Source: Candidatus Latescibacterota bacterium
GTDB taxonomy: Bacteria; Latescibacterota; CBDCVA01
DNA length: 64,000 nt
NCBI GenBank assembly: GCA_965222935.1
Contig: CBDCVA010000001.1
Location: forward strand, 132,093-196,092
Direction: 5' to 3'
Part shown: positions 19,757 through 29,465 of the stretch, piece after piece
Layout of the letters: the number at the start of each line of letters is the position of its first letter
Position numbering within the stretch: the stretch's first letter is position 1
Made by a program: the position numbers and the translations under genes
Notes under the pieces: model-generated
Databases searched by the model: none
Seen by the model: only the letters and a program-made list of their open reading frames with translations
What the model was told of the DNA's origin: nothing

Positions 19757-22700
19757 GTGAGGCATGCACAGCGTCCAATGATGAGCGAGCCACCCTCCAT
19801 CCTGGCTGATTCGGCGCTGGCCTCCGTCATCGAGGCGGTCGTCGCTGCGGAGCCGACCCAGGCGCTTCTGGCCGGCCTCGAACGGGGCGAATCCACGGTG
19901 GCCGTCAAGGGCCTGGCGGGTTCGCTTGCGGCGTGTCTCGGACCGTCGCTCCTGGGGCGAGCGCCCGCGGTGCTGTTCGTCTGCAGTGATGAAGAGGCGG
20001 CCGGTCTGCTGCGCGACGACCTGGAGACGACCTGCGGACCCGAGCGCATCCGGTATTTTCCGCAGCCGGACATCGCCCCCTACGAGCCGCGTTCGCCGCT
20101 TCCCGCCCTGGTGAATATCAGGATCGAGGCGCTCGCAGCCCTGCGCAGCGATCCCCCGGTGGCCGTCGTGACCACCATCGGCGCGGCCACCAGGGCTTTG
20201 ATCCCGCCGTATCTCTTCGACCTGGCCACCCTCGGGCTGCGTGAAGGCGGCGAGGCCGATTTCGGTGAACTGCTGCGCGACCTGGCCGAGCGCGGCTTCG
20301 AGCGGGTGCCCCTGGTCGAGCGGCCGGGCGAGTTCGCCGTGCGCGGCGGGCTCATCGACATCTTCGGGTACGGCGCCCCCGATCCCGTGCGGATCGAGTT
20401 CTTCGGGGACGATGTCGAATCCATCCGCGCTTTTGATGTCTCCACCCAGCGTTCGAAGCACCCTCTCGATGCGGTGACACTGCCGCCGGCGACCGAGGTG
20501 CCCATCGGAGGCTGGCTCGAGGCCGATCAACTCGAGTGGCTCCAAGCACGGGCCGAGGAGGAGGGGCGCTCGCTGGAGCCCTTGATCGAGGCCGTGCGGT
20601 CGGGTCGTCCGCCAGCGGGAATCGAGCACTACGCGGGCGTTCTGGGGGGCGAACGCGCGACCCTTCGGGCCTATCTTCCACGAGACGCCATCGTGCTGCT
20701 CCCCGACCCCGAGGCCCTGAGAGACGAGATCGAGCGAAGGCTTGAGGTCGTGAGGGACGCGTACGCTGCCCGGGCAGCTTCCGGGGAGCTGTGTGTCGCG
20801 CCTCAGTGGGTCGCTCAAAGCTACGAAGAGTTCGCCACCGAGCTCGGGGCACATCGCGTCGTCGAATGCCTGCCTTTCGGTGCGCCCGGAGGTCGCGCAC
20901 CCTTCATCCCCCACGCCTCCGCGCACAAGCAGGGTGGGGGAGATCAAGAAGAGGGCCTTCGAGGGCCCCCGGAGGTCATCGCGTTCGGGGCGCGGAGCCA
21001 GCGCCACTACGAGGGGGACCTTCGGCTCCTGGGGCACGATCTGGCGCAGTTTGCGCAGGAGGGCCTGAGCACGACCGTTCTCGCCGAGACGCGCGGCGCG
21101 GCCGAACGCCTGTCGACCCTTCTGGACGAGCCTTTCGACGTCACCTTCGGTGAGGGAGCGACGCTGTCGGAGGGGTTCGTTTTTCCGGGCGCGGGTCTTG
21201 TTGCGGTCAACGACCATGAGATCTTCACCCGCTTCCGCCGCCTCCGGTCGGTCCGAAAGTTTGCGGAGGGCGCCCCGGTGGCCAGCGTCACGGCGCTGGG
21301 CAGGGGCGATTATGTGGTGCATGTGGACTACGGCATCGGCCGCTTTCTGGGCCTGGAACGCATCTCGATCCTGGGGACGGAGCACGACTGTCTGGCTCTG
21401 CTTTACAGGGATGACGACCGGGTCTTCGTGCCGGTGGAGCAACTGGGCCGCGTTCAAAAGCACACTTCGGGGGACGGCGGCCAGACGCCGGGCCTCTCGA
21501 AGCTGGGGACCGCCTCGTGGGAGCGGATCAAGGAGCGCGCAAAGCAGGGCATCCTGGACATGGCGGAGGAGCTGATCGGCCTCTACGCCGAGCGCAAAAC
21601 CCTGACGCGGCCGGCCTGGGGTCCCGATACGAGCCTTCAGTTCGAGTTCGACGCCGCCTTCCCTTACGAGGAGACGCGCGATCAGGGGCGGACCATCGCC
21701 GAGATCAAGCGCGATCTCGAAAGCGATGCGCCGATGGACAGGCTGGTGTGCGGAGACGTGGGCTACGGGAAGACCGAGGTGGCGATGCGCGCAGCCTTCA
21801 AGGTGGTCACCGAGGGGAAACAGGTCGCGCTGCTCGTCCCCACGACGATCCTGGCTCAGCAGCACTTCACGACCTTCGTGCAGCGCTTCGCGGACTGGCC
21901 GGTGACTGTGGAGATGGTGAGCCGCTTCCGGTCGCCGAAAGAGCAGAGGGAGACCCTCGCCCTGCTGGCCGAGGGGAAAGTGGACATCGTCATCGGCACG
22001 CACCGGCTGCTTTCGAAGGACGTGCGGTTCAAATCCCTGGGGCTCGTGGTCATCGACGAAGAGCACCGCTTCGGCGTCAGGCACAAGGAGAGGCTCAAGC
22101 AGATGCGGCGCCTCGTGGATGTGCTCTCGCTGACCGCCACGCCCATCCCGCGCACGCTGCACATGGGCCTCATGGGGGCGCGCGATATGTCCACCATCAT
22201 GACCCCGCCTCCCGACCGGCTGTCCGTCTACACCGAGGTGATCGGGTTCGACGAGGGGAAGATCGCCGAGGCGATCCTGCGGGAGATCGACCGGGAGGGC
22301 CAGGTCTACTTCGTTCACAACCGCGTGCAAACGATCGAGAAGATGGCGGCCCGGCTCGAAGAGCTCCTGCCCCAGGTTCGTTTCGCCATCGCCCACGGCC
22401 AGATGTCCGAGCGCGACCTGGAGCGGGTCATGCTGCGGTTCCTCGATGGCGACTACGACTGCCTGGTGGCGTCGGTGATCATCGAGGCGGGCCTGGATAT
22501 CCCCAACGCCAACACCCTGATCGTCAACCGCGCCGACCGGTTCGGCCTCGCCCAACTCTACCAGCTTCGGGGCCGCGTCGGCCGTTCCGACCGGCGCGCC
22601 TACGCTTATTTCGTCGTGCCGCCCCGTCGTTCGCTCCCGCGCCCGGCGCGGCGAAGGCTGCGCGCCATCGAGGAGTTCTGCGAGTTGGGCTCGGGGCTGG

Positions 22701-23341
22701 GCCTCGCCATGCGGGACCTGGAGATCCGCGGCGCGGGCAACATCCTGGGGGCCCAGCAGCACGGCTTCATCGCCCAGATCGGGTTTCACCTCTACACGCG
22801 GCTTCTGGACGAAGCGGTCATGGAGCTTCGCGGTCAAAAGCCAAAGCAGGAGCGTGAGCCCGAGATGCGCCTGGGGGCGAGCGGCTTCCTGCCCGATGCC
22901 TACGTGTCCGACCCCGATCAGAAGTTCTTGCTCTACGCGCGGCTGGCCGATTCGCACGATGCCGAGGCCGTCCGGGCCCTCACTGAAGAGGTGATCGATC
23001 GCTACGGCCGGATGCCGCCCGAGGCGCGGGCTCTGTTCGACGCCGCGGGCTGCCGCGCCGCAGCGATGGAGCTTGGCGCGGCCGAGGTGCATCTTGGCCA
23101 AGGCGTTCTCAGCCTGGGCTTCCCGACCGATGGGGAGCTCTCCCGCGAATGGGCCGAGGACCTGGTGCGGCGTTCGCCCGTGCCGCTGGAGTTCGATGTC
23201 GGGGGGCGGGCTTCCGATGGCGCGGAGGGCAGCATTCGAGTGCGCGCACGGCTCGCGGAGTCCGAGGGGGCCACCGAACTCGAAGCGGCAGCCGCCACCT
23301 TGAATGCCCTGGCCCAGGGGGAGGTACTCGCGGGGGTTTAG
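19757..23341 (+). CDS. mfd: transcription-repair coupling factor
   Basis: UvrB-homology N-terminus, RNAP-interacting domain, DEAD/DExH helicase motifs (GDVGYGKTEVA, DEEHRFG) and TRCF C-domain. About 1,190 aa. Confidence 0.95.
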   Translation: MRHAQRPMMSEPPSILADSALASVIEAVVAAEPTQALLAGLERGESTVAVKGLAGSLAACLGPSLLGRAPAVLFVCSDEEAAGLLRDDLETTCGPERIRYFPQPDIAPYEPRSPLPALVNIRIEALAALRSDPPVAVVTTIGAATRALIPPYLFDLATLGLREGGEADFGELLRDLAERGFERVPLVERPGEFAVRGGLIDIFGYGAPDPVRIEFFGDDVESIRAFDVSTQRSKHPLDAVTLPPATEVPIGGWLEADQLEWLQARAEEEGRSLEPLIEAVRSGRPPAGIEHYAGVLGGERATLRAYLPRDAIVLLPDPEALRDEIERRLEVVRDAYAARAASGELCVAPQWVAQSYEEFATELGAHRVVECLPFGAPGGRAPFIPHASAHKQGGGDQEEGLRGPPEVIAFGARSQRHYEGDLRLLGHDLAQFAQEGLSTTVLAETRGAAERLSTLLDEPFDVTFGEGATLSEGFVFPGAGLVAVNDHEIFTRFRRLRSVRKFAEGAPVASVTALGRGDYVVHVDYGIGRFLGLERISILGTEHDCLALLYRDDDRVFVPVEQLGRVQKHTSGDGGQTPGLSKLGTASWERIKERAKQGILDMAEELIGLYAERKTLTRPAWGPDTSLQFEFDAAFPYEETRDQGRTIAEIKRDLESDAPMDRLVCGDVGYGKTEVAMRAAFKVVTEGKQVALLVPTTILAQQHFTTFVQRFADWPVTVEMVSRFRSPKEQRETLALLAEGKVDIVIGTHRLLSKDVRFKSLGLVVIDEEHRFGVRHKERLKQMRRLVDVLSLTATPIPRTLHMGLMGARDMSTIMTPPPDRLSVYTEVIGFDEGKIAEAILREIDREGQVYFVHNRVQTIEKMAARLEELLPQVRFAIAHGQMSERDLERVMLRFLDGDYDCLVASVIIEAGLDIPNANTLIVNRADRFGLAQLYQLRGRVGRSDRRAYAYFVVPPRRSLPRPARRRLRAIEEFCELGSGLGLAMRDLEIRGAGNILGAQQHGFIAQIGFHLYTRLLDEAVMELRGQKPKQEREPEMRLGASGFLPDAYVSDPDQKFLLYARLADSHDAEAVRALTEEVIDRYGRMPPEARALFDAAGCRAAAMELGAAEVHLGQGVLSLGFPTDGELSREWAEDLVRRSPVPLEFDVGGRASDGAEGSIRVRARLAESEGATELEAAAATLNALAQGEVLAGV

Positions 23342-23856
23342 CGCTATTCCCGTCGGATGACCGCCGCCGCTTCGCCCTTCGCAGCCATGAGGCGTCCGTC
23401 TCAACGGGGCACTCGGGGGCATCGGCCTATCCGAACCTTCACCGGTGGGGCAGCACGCCGCCTTCGCTCGATCCGCGAACAGCCGGACCTCGGTGGCGGT
23501 GCCGCCACTTGGGCCTTGCTTCACGCGCCCCTCTCTGATACTTTGGGCGGTGCGGTGTACCGCCTGGGGATGGCGTTCCCGGCAGCCGCTCTCGACGAGG
23601 GCGGTCAAAAGAGGCATGATGAGGTCGATGGGGATACCGCACGAGATGACGGGAACGATGGCGGCCAAGGGAGCGTCTCCTTTCTCCGGTCTGCCGTTGG
23701 TCATGCTCGGAGCCGAAGATAAGCAATTGACGGCGTTCTGTCAGTGCCGCTTTTGTGACACTAAGGGGAGGATGGCCAGGCGTCCGCGAGCTCGCTCGCC
23801 CCTCGAAGGGGGACGGGCCCGTGACCGCGCCTGGAACTTTCTGGAAAGGGTGTAGC

Positions 23857-25608
23857 ATGGTTGGGTATCGCAAGGTTACGACCTCGCTCGCGGCCACAGC
23901 GCTTCTTTGGGCCGGGTGCGGGAAGGATGTGAACGAACTGGTGCTGGCGCGAATCGGCGAGGCCACGATTACCGTCGCCGATTTCGATGCCTCGGCCGCC
24001 AAGGTGCCCATACCTCGGGGCCGCCCCACGCGTGATGACCCCGAGCGCATCGCAAGCTTCCTCGAGACGATGGTGGCCAAGGAGTTGTTGGTTCTGGAAG
24101 CGCGCGCCCGGGGTTATTTCGAGGACGAACGCGTTCTCGCCGGTCTTGAGACGAGGCGTAAGAGGAATCTCTTCGATGCTCTGGACAAGAAGGAGATCGA
24201 AGCCAAGGTCACCATCGACGAGCAGGAACTGCGCGACATCTACGCGAACGAGAAATTCGACATCGAGTGGCGCGTCAGCCTGATTGCGTGCGCGACCGAG
24301 GACAGCGCTCGCATGGTCGCCGAGCGCGCGCGGGCCGGCGAGGATTTCGCGGAGTTGGCGAAGCTCTTCTCCATCGACCCCAAAGCAGAGGAGAAAGGCC
24401 CCGACATCGGCTTCTATCGGAAGACCCCGGTCACAAGCGCCATCGTCTCCGCCGTGGTCGATCTCAACATCGGCGAGGTGGCCGATCCCATCGCAGGCAG
24501 GCGCGGGTCGAGGCTGGTGCTCAAGGTGACCGATATCCGCGGTGTCACCTTCGACGATGCGCGCCCGACGTTGGAGAGTGTGTTGCGGCCGCGCAAGGAG
24601 AGGGAGCGCGGCCAGGAGATCCGGAAGCTATTGCTGGGGCGGGTAAGCGCCTCCGTGGACACCTCGGTCATCGACACCATCTGGAGTAGCCTGGTTTACG
24701 CGACCGAAGACCGCCCCATGTTCACACCCGAGGAAGACAGCCTGATCGTCGTCCGCTGGGAGGGAACGCCCCAGTCGGTCCAGGAGGGCGCCCAGGTAGC
24801 ACCGGGATCGGCCAGTCTCAAGCGGTTCATCAACTTCATGGTGTCAGCCGGCGCGCGCGAGGTGATGGAGGATTCGACGGCGCTGTGGCGTCAGGTCGAA
24901 GACATGATCCTGATCGAGCATATGATCCCGGCCTACTTCGCCGAGCTGGGCTACGACCAAGCCCCCGATTTCATCGCGAAGCTGGACGGGTATCACCACG
25001 AACTCGCGGTCACCACGCTCAAGCGCGAGGAGGTGGACATCTACATCGAGGAGACCGAAGAGGCTCTCAAAGGCTTCTGGGAAGGGAACCCGGATCAGTT
25101 CATGGACCCCGAGCACGTGATCGTCCTGGAGGTTCTCAGCAAGACCAAGGAGGAGAGCCTCGCCCTGCGGGACAGTGTCTTTATGGGGGTCGACATGCAG
25201 ATGCTGGCCGCCCGTCACACCACGCGGGATGCGGCCAAGCACTCCAGCGGCGTCCTGGGGCCCTTCAAGCGCGGGCGGTTCGGTCGGCTGGGCCAGATGG
25301 CTTTTACCGTAGATCCCGATTCGTTGGTCGGACCGGTCCTGACCGACGAGGGGTACTCACTTTTCAAGGTCACCGAGAAAACCCCGGCGACGGTCCAGCC
25401 ATATCAGAGAGCGCGACCCAGGGCGCGCCAGAAATACCGGAAGAGCGAGGAAACACGCCTGTTCAAGGCGCTGGTCGATCGCCTGCGCGAGAAATACGCC
25501 GGCCAGATCGAGGTGGAGCCATACGTCGAGAATCAAAGCCACGTGTTGGCCGAAGCGGAGGGCGAGGCGGCGGTCGAAGCGGCTGGGGGTGCCGTTGAGG
25601 GCTCGTGA
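23857..25608 (+). CDS. SurA-like lipoprotein chaperone/peptidyl-prolyl isomerase
   Basis: Lipobox (LLWAGCGKD), SurA N-domain, PpiC-type parvulin domain. Confidence 0.7.
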   Translation: MVGYRKVTTSLAATALLWAGCGKDVNELVLARIGEATITVADFDASAAKVPIPRGRPTRDDPERIASFLETMVAKELLVLEARARGYFEDERVLAGLETRRKRNLFDALDKKEIEAKVTIDEQELRDIYANEKFDIEWRVSLIACATEDSARMVAERARAGEDFAELAKLFSIDPKAEEKGPDIGFYRKTPVTSAIVSAVVDLNIGEVADPIAGRRGSRLVLKVTDIRGVTFDDARPTLESVLRPRKERERGQEIRKLLLGRVSASVDTSVIDTIWSSLVYATEDRPMFTPEEDSLIVVRWEGTPQSVQEGAQVAPGSASLKRFINFMVSAGAREVMEDSTALWRQVEDMILIEHMIPAYFAELGYDQAPDFIAKLDGYHHELAVTTLKREEVDIYIEETEEALKGFWEGNPDQFMDPEHVIVLEVLSKTKEESLALRDSVFMGVDMQMLAARHTTRDAAKHSSGVLGPFKRGRFGRLGQMAFTVDPDSLVGPVLTDEGYSLFKVTEKTPATVQPYQRARPRARQKYRKSEETRLFKALVDRLREKYAGQIEVEPYVENQSHVLAEAEGEAAVEAAGGAVEGS

Positions 25609-26950
25609 CGTTCGCCCGCTTGCGGCTTTTCGTCCGGCTGCGGGCCTCCTGGCTCTGGCCGCCGGGGTCCTCCTGGGGGTCCCGAAGGACGCGATCGCGC
25701 AGTCGCCCGGAGACGTGCTCGACCGGATCGTCGCGATTGTAGACGACGAGATCATCCTGTTATCGGAATTGGAGCAGAATCTGATGCTGGAGCTGATGCA
25801 GCGCGGCAAGAACCGGGCGGCCATGGCTCCCTCGGAACTGGATGAGATGCGGCTCGCGATGCTGGACGAGCTGGTGGCCGATCGGCTCCTGGTGGCCAAA
25901 GCGAAGGCCGACAGCATCGAGGTGACCCGGCGCGAGATGGAGGAAGCGCTCGACCGCCAGTTCGAGGAGATGAAGGCGCAGGCGGGGGGCGAGGCAGCCT
26001 TCGGGGCGGAGCTTGAACGGCAGAGCCTCACCGAGCGTAGCCTGCGTAAGCGACTACGCCGGAACATCCGCCATTATCTCTTGAAGGAGAAGCTCGCGGC
26101 TTCCATTGCACGGGGGGTGAACGTCGGCTATCAGGAGTTGGTGGATTTCTACAAGACCTACGCCGATAGCCTGGAAATCCTGCCCGCAAGCTACAAGCTC
26201 GCACACATCATGGTGAGGCCCAAACCCGACGAGATGCGCCTGGCCGTGGCCCTCGTCCGCGCGAAGGGCCTGCGCGACAGCATCGGGTCCGGCGCTGACT
26301 TCGCGGCCCTGGCGCGAGTCCACTCGGACGATCCGGCCAGCGCCCAGCGCGGCGGCGACCTGGGCACCTTCAGGCGCGAGGGCATGATGTCCCAGTTTGC
26401 CGCCGTCGCCTTCTCCCTCCCACCGAGGGAGGTTTCCGAGCCGGTCCTGACCCCTTTGGGTTACCACCTGATCCTGGTCGACGAGCGGCGCGAAGCTCAG
26501 GTGCGAGCGCGCCATATCCTGATCGGGATCGAGACCGCCGCAGCCGACAAAGAGCGCGCCGTCGTGGACCTTATGGAGCTTCGGCGGCGAGCGCTGGAAG
26601 GGGAGCCGTTCGGCGATCTGGCCCGGTCTTACAGCGAAGATGAAGCGACGCGCCTCGATGGCGGCACCATGCGCTGGCTGACGATGGGTGAGATCTCCGC
26701 GAATATCCCGGATTTCTGGTCCCAGGTCCGGAAGCTGGAGACGACGGGCGAGATCAGCCCGCCGTTCGAATCGCGCGCCGGCGCTTTCCATATCGTGCAG
26801 TGGGTCGATTTCAAGCCCGCTCACCGGCCGACGCTCGAGACGGATCGCGGCCTCATCGAGCGCGAGCTACGACGCCGCAAGATGGAAGCGGCCTATGAGC
26901 GGATGATCGCAGAAGAGAAATCCAGGTTCTACGTCGAGACGCGCTTTTAG
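25589..26950 (+). CDS. surA: SurA-family periplasmic chaperone/PPIase
   Basis: Signal peptide, SurA N-domain, two PpiC-like domains (…GGDLG…). Confidence 0.75.
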   Translation: MPLRARDVRPLAAFRPAAGLLALAAGVLLGVPKDAIAQSPGDVLDRIVAIVDDEIILLSELEQNLMLELMQRGKNRAAMAPSELDEMRLAMLDELVADRLLVAKAKADSIEVTRREMEEALDRQFEEMKAQAGGEAAFGAELERQSLTERSLRKRLRRNIRHYLLKEKLAASIARGVNVGYQELVDFYKTYADSLEILPASYKLAHIMVRPKPDEMRLAVALVRAKGLRDSIGSGADFAALARVHSDDPASAQRGGDLGTFRREGMMSQFAAVAFSLPPREVSEPVLTPLGYHLILVDERREAQVRARHILIGIETAAADKERAVVDLMELRRRALEGEPFGDLARSYSEDEATRLDGGTMRWLTMGEISANIPDFWSQVRKLETTGEISPPFESRAGAFHIVQWVDFKPAHRPTLETDRGLIERELRRRKMEAAYERMIAEEKSRFYVETRF

Positions 26951-27013
26951 CGCTGGTGCTGAGGCCGCCATTCGGGTCATCGAGGCCCAGGATACCGCCC
27001 GGGTAGCGGACCC

Positions 27014-27823
27014 GTGAGCGTCGTGAAGGATAGGGCGGTGCGGCCCGCCCCTCCCGAGGCCCTTGAGGTGGCGCCTTATTCCACCCTGGCGGCCATCTAC
27101 GATCATGTCATGCGCCACGTGGATTACGTCGCGTGGTGCGATTACGTTGAGCGCATCTGGCGTCGGTTCGGCGCCCGCCCCCAGACCGTGCTGGACCTGG
27201 CCTGTGGCACGGGCACCCTCGCCCTGGAGCTCGCCCGCCGCGGCTACCAGCTCACCGGTGCGGACGGCGCGGGGGCCATGCTCGACGAGGCGCGCCGCAA
27301 GGCTGCGCGGGCTGAGGGAGGCCGTCAGGTGGTCTGGCGTCGGGCTGATCTCGAGGCTCCGGGAGGGATCGGCAGGTTCGACGCGGTCCTTTGTCTTTAT
27401 GACAGCCTGAACTACCTGACCTCGGCGGAGGCCCTGCGCGCGGCCCTGGGGGAGATGCTGCGGTTGACGGCTCCCGAAGGGCTGGTCATCCTGGACGTCT
27501 GCACCGTTCGCAACTCGCTGGTCCACTTCGATGGGCGGTCCGACCGCGATGAGGGCGGGGGCTTTACGTACGAAAGATGCTCCCGGTTCGACCGGACGTC
27601 TTCGCTCCAGTACAACACCTTCACCATCCGGGTCGGGGACGAGCGGCGAGTGCGCGAGCGCCACGTCCAGCGCATTTACCACCTGGATGAGATCAAGGCC
27701 CAGATCGCCGCTCTGCCCTGTACACTCGAAGGCGCTTTCGGTGACTTCTCGTTCCGCAGCGCCTCCGAGGGGGCCCATCGGGTGCACTACGTGCTCCGTT
27801 CCAAGGACCGGGAGCCATGCTGA
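27014..27823 (+). CDS. class I SAM-dependent methyltransferase
   Basis: VLDLACGTG motif I, acidic loop after beta2, DSLNY motif. Confidence 0.7.
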   Translation: MSVVKDRAVRPAPPEALEVAPYSTLAAIYDHVMRHVDYVAWCDYVERIWRRFGARPQTVLDLACGTGTLALELARRGYQLTGADGAGAMLDEARRKAARAEGGRQVVWRRADLEAPGGIGRFDAVLCLYDSLNYLTSAEALRAALGEMLRLTAPEGLVILDVCTVRNSLVHFDGRSDRDEGGGFTYERCSRFDRTSSLQYNTFTIRVGDERRVRERHVQRIYHLDEIKAQIAALPCTLEGAFGDFSFRSASEGAHRVHYVLRSKDREPC

Positions 27824-28578
27824 GCTTCGATGACGTCTGGCTGAGCGATCGGCGAGGTCCGATCTTCAGGGCCCTCTCCTTTCACGTCAGTGCGGGCGAC
27901 CGGGTCGCCTTCGCCTCGGGGAATGGCTCTACGCGCGATGCGGCCACGAGCCTCTCTCTGTGCGAGCTGCGCCCCAATTCGGGTTGTGTCCGGACGCTCG
28001 GGCGCGACATGTCGGCTCTCTCACGGGCCGAGCGAACCGTGCTCCGCAGGCGAATCGGCCTTGCGCGCGCCGACGTGCCGCTCGTGGCCGAATGGAGCGT
28101 GGAGGAAAACTTCCGGCTGGTGCTCAAGCTGCGCGGCCTGCCCCCGGAGCGGGCCTTACGCGAGGCGCGGCGAGCGGCGGGACGGCTGGGGATCGCGGGG
28201 GCCGCGTACCGAAGCTCGCGTGATCTGAGCGAGGAACAGTGCGTTCTCGCCGAGCTCGCCCGGGCGACGCTGGGTCCGCCGCCGCTTGTGTTGATCGCGC
28301 ATCCGCTCGATGTCCTGCGAGCGAACGAACGGGAGATAGCGCACGAGCTTTTGGCTGAAGCGGCGGCGTGGGGTGCGGCGGTGGTCCTGACGCGCGTCGA
28401 GCGCTTCGCCCGGTGGGATGCGCGGCCCATTTGGCTTGGGGCGGGTGGTGCGGGCGGCGGCGTTCGCAGTTTGGCCGGGGCCGGCCATCCTTCGACCTTT
28501 GGGCGGATTCAAGACGGCGCAAGCTCCCGATGGCGACCCGGTGCGGGCCGTGAGCTTGTCGAGAGGTCTACAGGCTAA
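27817..28578 (+). CDS. FtsE-like ABC ATPase homolog with degenerate catalytic motifs
   Basis: ABC fold retained, but Walker A reads SGNGST (no Lys), the signature is LSEEQC rather than LSGGQ, and Walker B is …LIAHP… with no DE pair. Confidence 0.6.
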   Translation: MLSFDDVWLSDRRGPIFRALSFHVSAGDRVAFASGNGSTRDAATSLSLCELRPNSGCVRTLGRDMSALSRAERTVLRRRIGLARADVPLVAEWSVEENFRLVLKLRGLPPERALREARRAAGRLGIAGAAYRSSRDLSEEQCVLAELARATLGPPPLVLIAHPLDVLRANEREIAHELLAEAAAWGAAVVLTRVERFARWDARPIWLGAGGAGGGVRSLAGAGHPSTFGRIQDGASSRWRPGAGRELVERSTG

Positions 28579-28622
28579 GATGACGACGATGCGATTGAGC
28601 GCACCGGGCAGAGAGCGTTGAC

Positions 28623-29465
28623 ATGGCCCTTGTGATGCGATGGATCGGGCGGCTCGCTTTTGGGTCCGGGCCGATCGTGGTGGTTTTCGCTGCTCTGGCT
28701 GGCGCCTACGGGCTGGAGGTGGCTCAGGTGTCGCGTGGGGCCGAATTGCGCCGGCGCTGCGAGGGTGTCCGGCTCGAAGCCTTTCTCGCACCGGGGTTCT
28801 CCAAGACGCGAAGCGATGAGCTTGTCGCAGCGCTCGACCGTCTTGAAGGGGTGAGCGCCGTCGAATACATCGGACAGGAGAGCGCCCGGGAGGCGTTTGT
28901 CGCCCTGTTCGGGGAGGGATTGCTGGATCCCCGCGCGCCCAATCCGCTTCCACCGTCGGTGGTGGTGCAGCCGGAGTTGAACTGGGTGACCTCCGAGCGC
29001 GTCGCGCAGCTCGCGACGCAGCTCTCGGACCTCGAAGGCGTCGAAGCCGTGGACTATCCCGCGGCATGGCTCGCGACGGTGGACGCCGAAGCGAGGTGGA
29101 GCAGTCGGACGCTACGCGGTGCATGGGTGGGTGCGGCGTTGGCTCTCGTGATGGCCACAACGCTCGTGGTCTGGCGACGTACCACGCGCCGCGCGACGGG
29201 CCTGCGTACGCTTCGGATGGCGGGAGTGCCGCTCTGGTGGTGCGGCCTGGGCGCCCTGGCCGGTGCGCTGGGAAGCGCCATCGTTGCCGCAACGCTCTTT
29301 CTCGGATTACGGATCGGGTTGGTCGAACCCTTCCTGGCCGGGGTCTGGCCCGGTGTCGTCTTCCCAGACGGGGCCTCCGGGGCCTCCCTGTGCGCGTTCG
29401 GAGCGGGTGGCGTTCTGACCTTGACGTGGGTCGCGCTGGTCCGCGCGCTCAGGAGCGCACCATGA
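28623..29465 (+). CDS. FtsX-like permease
   Basis: TM1, large periplasmic loop, three C-terminal TM helices. Adjacent to the FtsE-like gene. Confidence 0.65.
   Translation: MALVMRWIGRLAFGSGPIVVVFAALAGAYGLEVAQVSRGAELRRRCEGVRLEAFLAPGFSKTRSDELVAALDRLEGVSAVEYIGQESAREAFVALFGEGLLDPRAPNPLPPSVVVQPELNWVTSERVAQLATQLSDLEGVEAVDYPAAWLATVDAEARWSSRTLRGAWVGAALALVMATTLVVWRRTTRRATGLRTLRMAGVPLWWCGLGALAGALGSAIVAATLFLGLRIGLVEPFLAGVWPGVVFPDGASGASLCAFGAGGVLTLTWVALVRALRSAP

Noticed and set aside
19595-23704. N-terminal 1,370 codons of the 1,941-aa minus-strand ORF
   Set aside because: Low-complexity Arg/Gly/Pro-rich translation that is exactly antisense to the well-supported mfd gene. Only the last 572 codons form the RqcH-like gene.
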